A stretch of 64,000 nucleotides of DNA from an uncultured Mycoplasmatota bacterium (lineage in GTDB: Bacteria > Bacillota_I > Bacilli_A > RF39 > UBA660), in the NCBI GenBank assembly GCA_946639185.1, contig CAMPBR010000002.1, forward strand, positions 1,097-65,096. The letters run 5' to 3'. The notes under the pieces were generated by a model that saw nothing but the letters and a program-made list of their open reading frames with translations, did not search any database and had not been told where the DNA came from. Position numbers and translations under genes: made by a program. Shown here piece after piece: positions 19,210 to 29,574 of the stretch (position 1 is the first letter of the stretch; each line of letters opens with the position of its first letter).

Positions 19210-19238
19210 TTGCATTTTTATTTAAAGTAGTGTATGAT
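19210..19238 (+). promoter_or_regulatory. Sigma-A-type promoter of recA
   Basis: TTGCAT, a 17-nt spacer, then TATGAT, about 30 nt upstream of the recA SD (aggagaggaaaaattATG). Confidence 0.5.
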
Positions 19239-19270
19239 TAATTTGTAAGCCAAGAAGGAGAGGAAAAATT

Positions 19271-20287
19271 ATGACAAAAAATACTGATAAAGATGAAGCA
19301 TTACAAAAAGTATTAAGTGATATAGAAAAACAATTTGGTAAAGGTGCGGTTATGAAGTTAGGAGATAGTTCACATATGGAATTAGATGTAACTTCTAGTG
19401 GTAGTTTATCTTTAGATATACAATTAGGTGTAGGTGGATATCCTAAGGGAAGAATTATAGAAATTTATGGACCAGAATCTTCTGGTAAAACTACTTTAGC
19501 ATTACATGCAATTGCTGAAGTTCAAAAAACTGGAGGACGTGCTGCATTTATAGATGCTGAACATGCACTTGATCCGGTTTATGCTAAAAGTTTAGGTGTA
19601 GATATTAATGAATTATTACTTGCTCAACCAGATACTGGTGAACAAGCACTTGAAATTTGTGAAGCACTTGTTAGAAGTGAAGCTGTTAATATAGTTGTTA
19701 TTGACTCAGTTGCTGCATTAGTTCCGAAAGCAGAAATTGATGGGGAAATGGGAGACAGCCATGTTGGACTTCAAGCTAGATTAATGAGTCAAGCTCTTCG
19801 TAAATTAGCAGGTACTATTAATAAAACACAAACTACTGCAATTTTTATTAATCAATTACGTGAAAAAGTTGGAGTTATGTTTGGTAATCCTGAAACTACT
19901 ACTGGTGGTAGAGCTTTAAAATTTTATGCTAGTGTTAGACTTGATGTAAGACGTAGTGAAGCATTAAAGATTGGGGATAATATTATTGGTAATAGAACTA
20001 CTATTAAAGTTGTTAAGAACAAAGTTGCTCCTCCATTTAAAACAGCTGTTGTTGATATTATGTATGGAGAAGGTATTAGCCATGAAGGTGAAATTATCGA
20101 TTTAGGTAGTGAATGTGGTGTTATTGAAAAATCTGGTGCTTGGTATTCATATAATGGTGAAAAAATTGGCCAAGGTAAAGAAAATGTTAAATTATTCTTA
20201 AAAGATCATCCTGAAATTAGAGATGAAGTAGAAACTAAGATTAGAGAATACTACGGAATAAATAAAGATAAAAAATCAAAGAAGTAA
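19271..20287 (+). CDS. recA: Recombinase RecA
   Basis: Walker [14 protein letters not shown], the L2 loop and the overall 338-aa sequence are canonical RecA. Confidence 0.97.
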   Translation: MTKNTDKDEALQKVLSDIEKQFGKGAVMKLGDSSHMELDVTSSGSLSLDIQLGVGGYPKGRIIEIYGPESSGKTTLALHAIAEVQKTGGRAAFIDAEHALDPVYAKSLGVDINELLLAQPDTGEQALEICEALVRSEAVNIVVIDSVAALVPKAEIDGEMGDSHVGLQARLMSQALRKLAGTINKTQTTAIFINQLREKVGVMFGNPETTTGGRALKFYASVRLDVRRSEALKIGDNIIGNRTTIKVVKNKVAPPFKTAVVDIMYGEGISHEGEIIDLGSECGVIEKSGAWYSYNGEKIGQGKENVKLFLKDHPEIRDEVETKIREYYGINKDKKSKK

Positions 20288-20313
20288 AAGATGTTTACCA
20301 ACATCTTTTTTTA
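20287..20313 (+). terminator. Rho-independent terminator after recA
   Basis: Stem aaagatgtt/aacatcttt followed by a T7 run. Confidence 0.7.
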
Positions 20314-20411
20314 AGTTTAATTATCTTGACTAATTTTATATTTGAATTTACAATATAGTTAGAAGTTATGATTTATAATTTTAAATTTTAAATATAGAAT
20401 GGAGGGATAAT

Positions 20412-21971
20412 ATGCCAAGACCAAATCCGGTCAACTCCATTTTGCTCGTTGTAATTGGATTAGTTGTAGGTTTTATAGTAAACCTAATTGTAAATTCTTT
20501 TCGTGAAAATAACGCTAATAAAAAAGCAGATAACATCTTAGAAAAAGCTAGACGTGATGCTGAAAAAGTAAAAAGAGATCAAGTTTTAGAAACAAAAGAA
20601 GAAATCCATAAAATGAAAATGGATTATGAAAAAGAATTAAAAGAGAAAAAACAGGAGTTAAAAGAATCTGAAGATAGATTAATGCTTCGTGAACAAAATA
20701 TGGATAAACGTGATGAACTATATCAAAAGCGTGAATCTACATTAGATGAAAGAGAAAATAAGTTATTTGAAAAACAAAAAGAAATCCAAGATGAACAAGT
20801 AAAAGTGGAAGAAATTAAACAACAACAATTAGATTTACTTGAAAATATTTCAGGAATCAGTAAAGAAAAAGCTAAAGAAATGGTAATGACAAAAGTAAGA
20901 GAAGCTATGTCTATGGAAATAGCTGCTTACATTAAAGAAAGAGAAAATGAAGCTAAGCTTGAAGTTGATAAGAAAGCTAGAAATTTATTAGTTTCATCAA
21001 TGCAAAAATTTGCCTCAGATGTAGCTAATGAACAAACAGTTACAGTAGTTACTTTACCAAATGATGAATTAAAAGGAAGAATCATTGGTAGAGAAGGTAG
21101 AAATATTCGTACTTTAGAAGCTATTACAGGAGTAGATTTAATTATTGATGATACACCTGAAGCTGTAGTACTTTCAAGTTTCGATCCTTTAAGAAGAGAA
21201 ATTGCGAGAGTTACTCTTGAAACATTATTAAAAGATGGAAGAATTCATCCTACAAGAATTGAAGAAGTTTATGATAAAACTTGTAAGGATATGAAAGCTA
21301 AAATTATTGAATATGGTAATAATGCTTTATTTGAATTGGGTCTTACAAAAGTAGAGCCTGATTTAATTGAGATATTAGGTAGACTTCATTTTAGAACAAG
21401 TTATGGTCAAAATGTTTTACAACATTCAATAGAAGTAGCTCATTTATGTGGAATTATAGCTGGTGAATTAGGTGAAAATGTTACTTTAGCTAAGAGAGCT
21501 GGTTTATTCCATGATATTGGAAAAGCTATTGATCATGAAATTGAAGGAAGTCACGTAGATATTGGCGTTGATATCGCCAAGAAATATCATGAACCAGAAA
21601 CAGTTATTAATGCAATCGCATCTCACCATGGTGATTGTGATGCTACTTCAGTAATTTCTGTAGTAGTAGCAGTTGCTGATGCACTTTCTGCATCACGTCC
21701 TGGTGCTAGAAATGATTCGTTAGAAAATTACATTAAACGTCTTGAACAATTAGAAGCAGTTGGAAACGATATTGAAGGTGTTGAAAAAACATTTGCTGTT
21801 CAAGCTGGACGTGAACTTAGAGTTATTGTTAAACCAGAAGAAATTGATGATTTAACTGCTCATAAAGTGGCTCGTGATATTAAGGATAAAATTGAAGAAA
21901 CAATGCAATATCCTGGAACAATTAAAATCACAGTTATTCGTGAGGTTCGTGCACAAGAAGAAGCTAAATAG
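20412..21971 (+). CDS. rny: Ribonuclease Y
   Basis: N-terminal TM helix, a long coiled coil, a KH domain ([24 protein letters not shown]) and an HD domain ([10 protein letters not shown]...HDIGKA). Confidence 0.9.
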   Translation: MPRPNPVNSILLVVIGLVVGFIVNLIVNSFRENNANKKADNILEKARRDAEKVKRDQVLETKEEIHKMKMDYEKELKEKKQELKESEDRLMLREQNMDKRDELYQKRESTLDERENKLFEKQKEIQDEQVKVEEIKQQQLDLLENISGISKEKAKEMVMTKVREAMSMEIAAYIKERENEAKLEVDKKARNLLVSSMQKFASDVANEQTVTVVTLPNDELKGRIIGREGRNIRTLEAITGVDLIIDDTPEAVVLSSFDPLRREIARVTLETLLKDGRIHPTRIEEVYDKTCKDMKAKIIEYGNNALFELGLTKVEPDLIEILGRLHFRTSYGQNVLQHSIEVAHLCGIIAGELGENVTLAKRAGLFHDIGKAIDHEIEGSHVDIGVDIAKKYHEPETVINAIASHHGDCDATSVISVVVAVADALSASRPGARNDSLENYIKRLEQLEAVGNDIEGVEKTFAVQAGRELRVIVKPEEIDDLTAHKVARDIKDKIEETMQYPGTIKITVIREVRAQEEAK

Positions 21972-22042
21972 TTTCTTCTTTTTCTATACTTTTTTATTAA
22001 AATATGATATAGTTGTTCTAGAATAGAAAAAGGAATGATTGT

Positions 22043-22906
22043 ATGCAAACATATGAAAGAAAAAGTCATAAATTAGGTAAAATAATTAGTGCTTCAGTAA
22101 TGGGTGTTAGTTTTATATGTATTATTGTTTTTTCTGTATTATTATACTTGGATAATAGTAAGAAACCGTTAATTAAGTATCCATTATATGAATTGTCTAC
22201 TAGGGATTGGACTAGTGGTAATGTTGTTATTAAAGTTACTAATGATTTAAAAAATGTCAATCCTAAAATAGAAGCATATTCATTTGATGGTGGGAAAAAC
22301 TTTCAAGAAAGCAATGAGTATGAAGCATTAGAAAATGGTAATTTTATTTTAGTAGTTAGAGATATAAATGGTAGACTTAGTAAATCAGTAATTGTAGCTA
22401 TTAGAAATATTGATAAAGATAGTCCACAAATAAATTTTGAAAATCCAACTACAGTTCAATTAAATAGTCCTTTTTCAGTTAGAACTGGTGTTGTTGTTAC
22501 TGAAAATGGTTCAGGACTTGCTAATAGTTATGTAGCTACTCCTAATACTATTGATACTAAAACAGAAGGTACTTATGAAGTTACTTATACAGCTGTTGAT
22601 AAAGTAGGTAATTACTCTGAAAAAACACGTACTATTATTGTTAAGGATGTAGTAGGTAGAACTTATTATAGATCTCGTTCTATATTTCAAGAAAGTTATC
22701 AATGTGAACCATATATGTGTAATTGTTTTAAACCAGCTACTGATATAGGTACATGTCCTACTGGATTTACTTTGAATGATGAAGCTAAATGCTGTAATAC
22801 TTGTTATAAAACTTGTAAGAAAACAGTATATGGAGAATGGAGTGAATGGAGTAAAGATAAAGTTACTCCAAGTGCCGTACTAGAAGTTGAAACTAAAATG
22901 GAATAA
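22043..22906 (+). CDS. Membrane-anchored protein with two Ig-like (DUF5011-like) domains and a Cys-rich C-terminal module
   Basis: N-terminal TM helix. The Ig-like signature TEGTYEVTYTAVDKVGNYSEKTRTIIV is present. The C-terminal 70 aa hold 11 Cys (CEPYMCNCF...CPTGF...CCNTCYKTCKK). Confidence 0.5.
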   Translation: MQTYERKSHKLGKIISASVMGVSFICIIVFSVLLYLDNSKKPLIKYPLYELSTRDWTSGNVVIKVTNDLKNVNPKIEAYSFDGGKNFQESNEYEALENGNFILVVRDINGRLSKSVIVAIRNIDKDSPQINFENPTTVQLNSPFSVRTGVVVTENGSGLANSYVATPNTIDTKTEGTYEVTYTAVDKVGNYSEKTRTIIVKDVVGRTYYRSRSIFQESYQCEPYMCNCFKPATDIGTCPTGFTLNDEAKCCNTCYKTCKKTVYGEWSEWSKDKVTPSAVLEVETKME

Positions 22907-22942
22907 AAAAATAATCCACAAATTTGTGGATTATTTTTATTT
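22906..22942. terminator. Bidirectional terminator between 22043..22906 (+) and rnj (-)
   Basis: The perfect palindrome AATAATCCACAAATTTGTGGATTATT flanked by A6 and T5. Confidence 0.7.
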
Positions 22943-24615
22943 TATCTTTGTACATCGATTATTACTGGTAAGATAATTGGTCTACGTCCAGTTTTTTCTT
23001 CGATAAATGGAATTAAATCATTAGTTATTTTAGCTTTTATATCATTTATTCCATCTCTAGTTTTTAAAGATTCTATTATAGTTTTTTCTGAAACATTTTC
23101 TATTTCATGAATTAGTTCTTCATTTTCATTTACCATGATGAATCCACGAGTAGTAATATTTGGTTTAATTAATAGATTACGTTTTTTCATATCGATATTA
23201 GCTATTACTACTAAGATACCATCATTAGACATTATTTTTCTATCTTTTAATACAACACTTCCAACTTCTCCAACACGATTTCCATCAACATAAATGTCAT
23301 CTCCTGGAACTGTTTCTTTTGCTTTAGTAATAACATGGTCTTTTAATATTAACATTTCACCATTTCTTAAAACAAAAGTATTTTCTTTTGGAATTCCACA
23401 AGCTTGACCAATATTAGCATGTTTTTTTAACATTCTATAATCACCATGGAATGGCATTAAATATTTTGGCTTAGCAAGTCTAATCATTAATTTTAATTCT
23501 TCTTCATTAGCATGTCCTGATGTGTGTAATTCTCTTAATGAATCAGTAGTTAATACTTTGATTCCTTTTAAATATAATTTATTTATTGTTCTAGAAATAC
23601 TTAATTGGTTTCCAGGAATTGCACTAGATGAGAATATTACTATATCATCTGGTCTTAATGATACTTGTCTAAATGTACCATCTGCCATTCTTGATAAAGC
23701 AGCTAGTGGTTCTCCTTGAGATCCTGTACATAAGATACATACTTCACTAGGTTTTAAGCTTTTAGCTTCATCTGGTGTGATAATAATTTCTTTATGATTT
23801 ATATATCCACCTTCAATAGAAATTTTAATGTTATTATCCATACTTCTACCAAATACACAGACTTTTCTATTATGCTTATAACAAGTTTCAATAATATGTT
23901 TTAATCTATATATATTTGAGGCAAATGTTGCTATTAAAATTCTATTATTTGCATATTTATCAAATACACTATTAAGTGCATTATCGACTTTAGATTCACT
24001 TATTGACATACCTTCATTTAAAGCATTTGTAGAATCTGCTATAAGTAAATCAACACCATCTTCTCCTAAATGTACAATTTTTTGTAAATCAGCCATTGGT
24101 CCAATAGGTGTTAAATCAAATTTAAAGTCTCCTGTAGTTATAACACTACCATTTACTGTTTTTAGGTAAATTCCGTGTGAGTCTGGAATAGAGTGTGTCA
24201 TTTTAAAGAATTGAATCTCAAAATGTTTAGTTTTTAACACATCTTTATCGGTATAACTATATAAGTTATCATAACGAATATTGCGATCTTCTAACTTAAT
24301 AGCTATTAATTGTTTAGCCTGATTTGGGGCGTAAATAGCCGGTATGTTTACAGCTTGTAATAGGAACGGAATAGCTCCTATGTGGTCTTCATGACCATGT
24401 GTAATAATTAAAGCTTTAATTTTATCTTCATTTTGTTTTAAGAAAGTATAATCAGGTAAAACGTAATCGATTCCTAATAATTCTTCCTCTGCAAAACTAA
24501 TACCCGCATCTATAATAATAATTTCATCTTCATGCATTAAACAATACATGTTTTTTCCGACTTCACCTAAACCACCTAAAACAATAATTTTTGTTTCACT
24601 ATTGTTTTGGTTCAT
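22942..24615 (-). CDS. rnj: Ribonuclease J (metallo-beta-lactamase/beta-CASP RNase)
   Basis: ITHGHEDHIGAIPFL is the MBL motif. The beta-CASP layout and the 557-aa length are typical of RNase J1/J2. Confidence 0.88.
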   Translation of the reverse strand: MNQNNSETKIIVLGGLGEVGKNMYCLMHEDEIIIIDAGISFAEEELLGIDYVLPDYTFLKQNEDKIKALIITHGHEDHIGAIPFLLQAVNIPAIYAPNQAKQLIAIKLEDRNIRYDNLYSYTDKDVLKTKHFEIQFFKMTHSIPDSHGIYLKTVNGSVITTGDFKFDLTPIGPMADLQKIVHLGEDGVDLLIADSTNALNEGMSISESKVDNALNSVFDKYANNRILIATFASNIYRLKHIIETCYKHNRKVCVFGRSMDNNIKISIEGGYINHKEIIITPDEAKSLKPSEVCILCTGSQGEPLAALSRMADGTFRQVSLRPDDIVIFSSSAIPGNQLSISRTINKLYLKGIKVLTTDSLRELHTSGHANEEELKLMIRLAKPKYLMPFHGDYRMLKKHANIGQACGIPKENTFVLRNGEMLILKDHVITKAKETVPGDDIYVDGNRVGEVGSVVLKDRKIMSNDGILVVIANIDMKKRNLLIKPNITTRGFIMVNENEELIHEIENVSEKTIIESLKTRDGINDIKAKITNDLIPFIEEKTGRRPIILPVIIDVQR

Positions 24616-24776
24616 TTTTATAAACTCCTTTCTTTTTAAGTTCTAAGAACTAACCACGTAACATTATACTAAATTTTTAATGATTTGTCTAGTCTTAGGA
24701 ATATTAGAAGGCTAAACTAATAGATATGTCTTTTATTTTATAGTGATGTTTGATATAATTTTATTATGAATGGAGG

Positions 24777-25835
24777 ATGGATATGGGCTTATTTAATAAG
24801 ATTAAGAATATGTTTTCTAATAAACAAGAAGAAACTGAATTAATAAATGAAAATGTAGATTTAGAAGAAGCAAAAAAAGAAAATGTAAAAGCTGAAAAAA
24901 GAGAGGAAACAAAAGTAAAAGTATATGAAAAAGGTCTTACTAAAACAAGAAATACTTTTGTATCTAGTTTAATAAATTTAACTAATAAATATGCTCGTAT
25001 TAATGAAGAATATTTCGAAGAATTAGAAGAAATATTAATTATGGCAGATATTGGTGTTAATACGGTTATGGAATTTATGGATAGATTAAGAGATAGAGTT
25101 AATAAAGAGAAGATTACCGATCCTAATTTATTAAAAGAAGTTATAGTAGATGAATTATTTATTATATATGTTAATGATGATATTTTGGAAAGTAAGATTA
25201 AGTATGCTAGTAGCGGTCCAACTGTTTTGTTATTTGTTGGTGTTAATGGAGTAGGAAAAACTACTACTATTGCTAAACTTGCTAATAAAATGGTTGATTC
25301 TGGTAAGAAAGTATTATTAGTTGCTGGTGATACTTTTAGAGCAGGAGCTACTAAACAATTAGAAGAATGGGCAACTCGCGTAGGAGCATCTTTTGTAGGA
25401 AAAGAAGAAGGCGCTGATCCAGCAGCAGTTGTATTTGATGGAATAAAGAAAGCTAAAGAAGAGAATTATGATGTTGTATTTATAGATACAGCAGGTAGAC
25501 TTCAAAATAAAGTTAATCTTATGAAAGAATTAGAAAAGATTAATCGTGTTATAACTCGTGAAATACCTGATGCTCCTCATGAAACACTACTTGTAATCGA
25601 TGCTACTACTGGTCAAAATGGAATTAGCCAAGCTAAAAGTTTTAAAGAAATAACTAATATAACTGGTATAGTATTAACTAAGTTAGATGGTACAGCTAAA
25701 GGTGGTATAGTTTTAGCTATTAAAGATGAAGTAAATATTCCAGTTAAATATATAGGGTTTGGTGAAACTAAGGACGATTTACAAGCTTTTGATATAGAAG
25801 ATTATATATATGGATTATTTAAGGATATGATGTAG
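24777..25835 (+). CDS. ftsY: Signal recognition particle receptor FtsY
   Basis: The SRP-GTPase NG domain carries GVNGVGKTTTIAKLA, DTAGR and TKLDG. The N-terminal region is acidic. Confidence 0.9.
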   Translation: MDMGLFNKIKNMFSNKQEETELINENVDLEEAKKENVKAEKREETKVKVYEKGLTKTRNTFVSSLINLTNKYARINEEYFEELEEILIMADIGVNTVMEFMDRLRDRVNKEKITDPNLLKEVIVDELFIIYVNDDILESKIKYASSGPTVLLFVGVNGVGKTTTIAKLANKMVDSGKKVLLVAGDTFRAGATKQLEEWATRVGASFVGKEEGADPAAVVFDGIKKAKEENYDVVFIDTAGRLQNKVNLMKELEKINRVITREIPDAPHETLLVIDATTGQNGISQAKSFKEITNITGIVLTKLDGTAKGGIVLAIKDEVNIPVKYIGFGETKDDLQAFDIEDYIYGLFKDMM

Positions 25836-25836
25836 T

Positions 25837-26127
25837 ATGGATAAAACAATATATTATAATGTGTTATATGATTATTATGGATCATTATTAACTGATAAGC
25901 AAAAGAGTTATTATGAAGATTATTATTTTAATGATCTATCACTTTCTGAAATAGCTGAAAATAATAATGTTAGTAGAAATGCTGTTCATAATCAGTTAAA
26001 AATAGTAATAGAAAAATTAGAATTTTATGAAAATAATTTAAAACTCTATGAAAAATCAAAAAAAATTGGTACAATATTAAAGAGACTAGACGAAAAGACT
26101 AAAAAAGAAATAGAAGAATTAATATAG
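25837..26127 (+). CDS. ylxM: YlxM/UPF0122 putative SRP-associated DNA-binding protein
   Basis: LYDYYGSLLTDKQKSYYEDYYFNDLSLSEIAENNNVSRNAV aligns residue for residue with B. subtilis YlxM. Confidence 0.75.
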   Translation: MDKTIYYNVLYDYYGSLLTDKQKSYYEDYYFNDLSLSEIAENNNVSRNAVHNQLKIVIEKLEFYENNLKLYEKSKKIGTILKRLDEKTKKEIEELI

Positions 26128-26138
26128 GGGTTGATATT

Positions 26139-27893
26139 GTGTTTAAGAATATTCTTTATGTAGGGGATGTAGATGTTGAAATTGCTTTATTAGAAGATGC
26201 TTCTATTAATACTGATATTATGAATATGCCAATAGTATTAGTAGATAGTGAAAAAGCCATTCTAGCTGAAATTAAGGAAATGAATCCTAAAAGTGTTAAG
26301 GCTAAAATGTTAGGTGAGCTTGTTGATGGTAAATTTATTGGTGGTATTTTAAGAAAACCAAATCTAACAGCTACTATTCGTAGTTTAACACCTGATGAAT
26401 TAAGATATATTGTAGGTGAAGCTAATAAAGGAAATTTATTATTAGGAATAAGCCCATTTTATAATAAACAAAATGTGTATGTTGAATTAAATGAATTATT
26501 TAGTAAACATTTATGTGTATTTGGTAATACTGGATCAGGTAAAAGTTGCGGTGTATCTAGAATTATTCAAAATATATTTACAAACAAGGATTTTGTTCCA
26601 TATAAATCTAATTTTTTAATATTTGATTCATCAAGTGAGTACTATACAGCATTTTCTAGTATAAATAGTATTAATCCTAATTATAATTATAGATTTATTA
26701 CTACTAATAATAAGAGTCCATATCCACATGAAATACTTAGTATTCCATTATGGTTACTTAACGTAGAAGATATAAGCTTATTATTAAATGTTAATACATA
26801 TACACAAATATCTATTCTAGAAAAGACTTTAAAATTGGTTAAGATATTTGCTGAATCTAGTGATAAAGCTATTGAATATCAAAACCATTTAATAGCTAGT
26901 GCGATTATGACAATTCTTTATTCTAATCAGGGATCTGCTAGTAAAAGAGATGAAATCTTCTCATTATTTAATACATGTCAAACAGAAGCATTTAATTTAA
27001 ATGCTACTGTACAAGGTATTGGATATACAAGAAGATTACAAGAATGTTTCTTAATAGATAATTCAGATAATTTCTCAGAAAGAGTATTACTTACAGAATA
27101 TGTTAATAAATATATAAGACCTGATTTAAATCAATATGAACCAGAAAAAGTTGAAAAGTATGGTTTAGTTGAATTAGAAAAAGCTTTAAACTTTGCTTTA
27201 ATTAGTGAAGGTTGGTTAAGAAATAAAAATGTATATGCTGATGCTATTACATTAAAAGTTAAATTACATGAATTAGTAATTGGTCCTAATAGTAAGTTCT
27301 TTAATTATAGTGAATTTGTTACATTAGATCAATTTATTAGTAAATTAATAGTTAAGAATAATAAGAAATATCAAATTATTAATATTAACTTAGAAGATGT
27401 AGATGATAGTTTTGCTAAAGCTATTGTTAAAGTTATGTCTAGAATGGTATTTGATCTTTCTAAAAGAATTGAAAGAGGTAGTTTACCTTTTAATATAATT
27501 CTAGAAGAAGCACATAGATATGTACAAAGAGATTCAGATACTCAATTATTTGGATATAATATATTTGATAGAATTGCTAAAGAAGGACGTAAATATGGCG
27601 TTTTATTATCTTTAATAAGTCAAAGACCAGTTGAACTTTCTGATACAGTTATTTCTCAATGCTCTAACTTTATTATATTTAAGATGAGCCATCCTAGAGA
27701 TATTGAATATATTACTAAGATGATTCCAAATATAACAGATGATACAATTGAAAAACAAAAAGCTTTACAAGTTGGTAACTGTTTAGCCTTTGGTAGTGGA
27801 TTTAGAATACCTATTATAGTAAGACTTGATATGCCTAATCCAATGCCTCAAAGTAACAGCTGTGATGTTGTAGAGAAGTGGACAAGTAGATAG
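26139..27893 (+). CDS. HerA/FtsK-superfamily (DUF87-like) P-loop ATPase, orphan. GTG start.
   Basis: Walker A VFGNTGSGKSCGV, Walker B NIILEEAHRYV and the sensor motif LISQRP are present. The N-terminal ~120 aa suggest a HAS-barrel-like domain. The gene has its own terminator. No NurA-like partner is adjacent. Confidence 0.6.
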   Translation: MFKNILYVGDVDVEIALLEDASINTDIMNMPIVLVDSEKAILAEIKEMNPKSVKAKMLGELVDGKFIGGILRKPNLTATIRSLTPDELRYIVGEANKGNLLLGISPFYNKQNVYVELNELFSKHLCVFGNTGSGKSCGVSRIIQNIFTNKDFVPYKSNFLIFDSSSEYYTAFSSINSINPNYNYRFITTNNKSPYPHEILSIPLWLLNVEDISLLLNVNTYTQISILEKTLKLVKIFAESSDKAIEYQNHLIASAIMTILYSNQGSASKRDEIFSLFNTCQTEAFNLNATVQGIGYTRRLQECFLIDNSDNFSERVLLTEYVNKYIRPDLNQYEPEKVEKYGLVELEKALNFALISEGWLRNKNVYADAITLKVKLHELVIGPNSKFFNYSEFVTLDQFISKLIVKNNKKYQIININLEDVDDSFAKAIVKVMSRMVFDLSKRIERGSLPFNIILEEAHRYVQRDSDTQLFGYNIFDRIAKEGRKYGVLLSLISQRPVELSDTVISQCSNFIIFKMSHPRDIEYITKMIPNITDDTIEKQKALQVGNCLAFGSGFRIPIIVRLDMPNPMPQSNSCDVVEKWTSR

Positions 27894-27914
27894 AGACTTA
27901 GGTCTCTTTTTTTG
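27892..27914 (+). terminator. Rho-independent terminator after the HerA-like gene
   Basis: Stem agagac/gtctct around loop ttag, then a T7 run. Confidence 0.65.
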
Positions 27915-27920
27915 TGGGAT

Positions 27921-27948
27921 AAAAAAATGCTTGACTTTTTTTTATTTT
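27921..27948 (+). promoter_or_regulatory. Near-consensus sigma-A promoter with extended -10, driving the secreted-protein cluster
   Basis: TTGACT, a 16-nt spacer, then TGtTATAAT. Confidence 0.6.
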
Positions 27949-27991
27949 GTGTTATAATATCAGCTAAACTTATTTATGGGGGGTTTGTGGT

Positions 27992-29554
27992 ATGAAAAAA
28001 TGGGGGTCAAAACATACTAACAACAACGATAGAACTAAGTTATTAATTTATATGTTAAAACATAAAAATAGAAATATTTATGCAGCAAGTTTATTAGCAC
28101 TTGCTACTATATTAATGATTGCTCAAGCTAAGAAAGATAATATTGAAGATACGGATTTAAGTGATATAGCACTTGAGCAAGAAAGTACAATTGATATGAG
28201 TAATGAAATTATTGAAGAAATAGATAATGAATTACAACAAGAAATAACTCCAGATGATAATAGTGTTATCTATTATACAGATTGGAGTTATTTTCATATT
28301 AAACACATAGGCAATAAAAAAGTGGTAGAAAGTCACCACTATTCAGATTATATATATAATGAAGAAACTGGAAATTATGAAGCTACATGTTTAGAATGTG
28401 GACACGTTGATACTAAGAAACATGTAGAAGAAGTTAGTATAGAAAGTTCAGTAGAAAATTCTAAACCTGTTTCTACAAGTAATAAAGATAATAATAAAGT
28501 TAATGATTCTAGTAATACTAGTAGTACTACTACAACAAATAATTCTAATAATAATGTAGCAGAAGAAAGTAATACTAATCAAGAAACTAATAATGGAAAT
28601 AATAACAACAATAATAATACAGAAGGAACTAAACCAACACCAAAACCTGTACATCAACATACATGGTCAGGTTGGTCATACTATAATGATAGTCAAGAAG
28701 TAAGTAGTTGTTCTGATTGTAATGAAAAGAAATATCAATCACATAGTTATGGTTCTTATTCATATAATCAAGCTAGTGGTTTAGAAGAAGCTACCTGTTC
28801 ATCTTGTGGACACGTTATAACAAGATCACATACACATCAATTTAGTGGATGGGTTGCTGATAATGATTCAACACACTCAAGAACATGTACTGTAAATGGT
28901 GATAATACTAAAGAAACAGTTAGTCACAATTATTCATTAATTGGACAAGATGGTGTTAATGATACATATAGATGTTCTGATTGTGGACATACAATGGCAC
29001 TTCCACATTCACATACATTTAATGGAACTAATACTAGAACTATAGGTAGCGCTTCTGAATGTTACCAAACATATCAAGTATGTTCTGGATGTGGTAATGA
29101 AGTAGTTATTGAGACAAAAACATCTCATAATTATGGGGCACCAACAACATCAGAAAGTGGTGGAATGATATATGAAGTATATACATGTTCAGATTGTGGA
29201 TATTCATATCAAGAAGAACATGGACATACAGCTTCATATGTTGAACGAGTAGAAGATGTTGGTAGTGATGATGTATGTTATCGTGTATATCTACATTGTG
29301 ATTATCCTGGATGTAGTCAACACGAAGATATTCTTCAAGGAGAATATGGACATAATTATCAACATGGTAGTGAAACAGTATTTGATACAACTATCGAATT
29401 CGATGAATGTACTCGTTGTCATAAAGTGATAAATGAAGTTGAAACAATAAATACAGGAGCTAAAGTAAATTTCTTTAATATTTTCGATTATCTATATGAT
29501 GACAAATTATTAGCTAAAGAAGATAAAGAGAAAACTTTAAGTTTAAAAATATAA
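27992..29554 (+). CDS. Secreted or membrane-anchored protein built from about eight tandem Cys/His-rich modules, possibly extracellular zinc-ribbon-like
   Basis: N-terminal signal/anchor (IYAASLLALATILMIAQA). The recurring unit is H-x-[YFW]...C-x-x-C-G-[HYN]-x(5-8)-H-x-H, for example ATCLECGHVDTKKH, SCSDCNEKKYQSH, ATCSSCGHVITRSHTH, YRCSDCGHTMALPHSH, VCSGCGNEV and YTCSDCGYSYQEEHGH. An Asn/Thr-rich linker is also present. Confidence 0.55.
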   Translation: MKKWGSKHTNNNDRTKLLIYMLKHKNRNIYAASLLALATILMIAQAKKDNIEDTDLSDIALEQESTIDMSNEIIEEIDNELQQEITPDDNSVIYYTDWSYFHIKHIGNKKVVESHHYSDYIYNEETGNYEATCLECGHVDTKKHVEEVSIESSVENSKPVSTSNKDNNKVNDSSNTSSTTTTNNSNNNVAEESNTNQETNNGNNNNNNNTEGTKPTPKPVHQHTWSGWSYYNDSQEVSSCSDCNEKKYQSHSYGSYSYNQASGLEEATCSSCGHVITRSHTHQFSGWVADNDSTHSRTCTVNGDNTKETVSHNYSLIGQDGVNDTYRCSDCGHTMALPHSHTFNGTNTRTIGSASECYQTYQVCSGCGNEVVIETKTSHNYGAPTTSESGGMIYEVYTCSDCGYSYQEEHGHTASYVERVEDVGSDDVCYRVYLHCDYPGCSQHEDILQGEYGHNYQHGSETVFDTTIEFDECTRCHKVINEVETINTGAKVNFFNIFDYLYDDKLLAKEDKEKTLSLKI

Positions 29555-29574
29555 AAAAGAAAGGATGAAAGGGT

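Noticed and set aside
21860-22702. Minus-strand ORFs 21860..22069, 22066..22260 and 22511..22702
   Set aside because: They overlap the rny 3' end and the Ig-like protein gene in antisense. No SD, low-complexity products.
23522-23719. 65-aa plus-strand ORF inside rnj
   Set aside because: Antisense shadow of RNase J.
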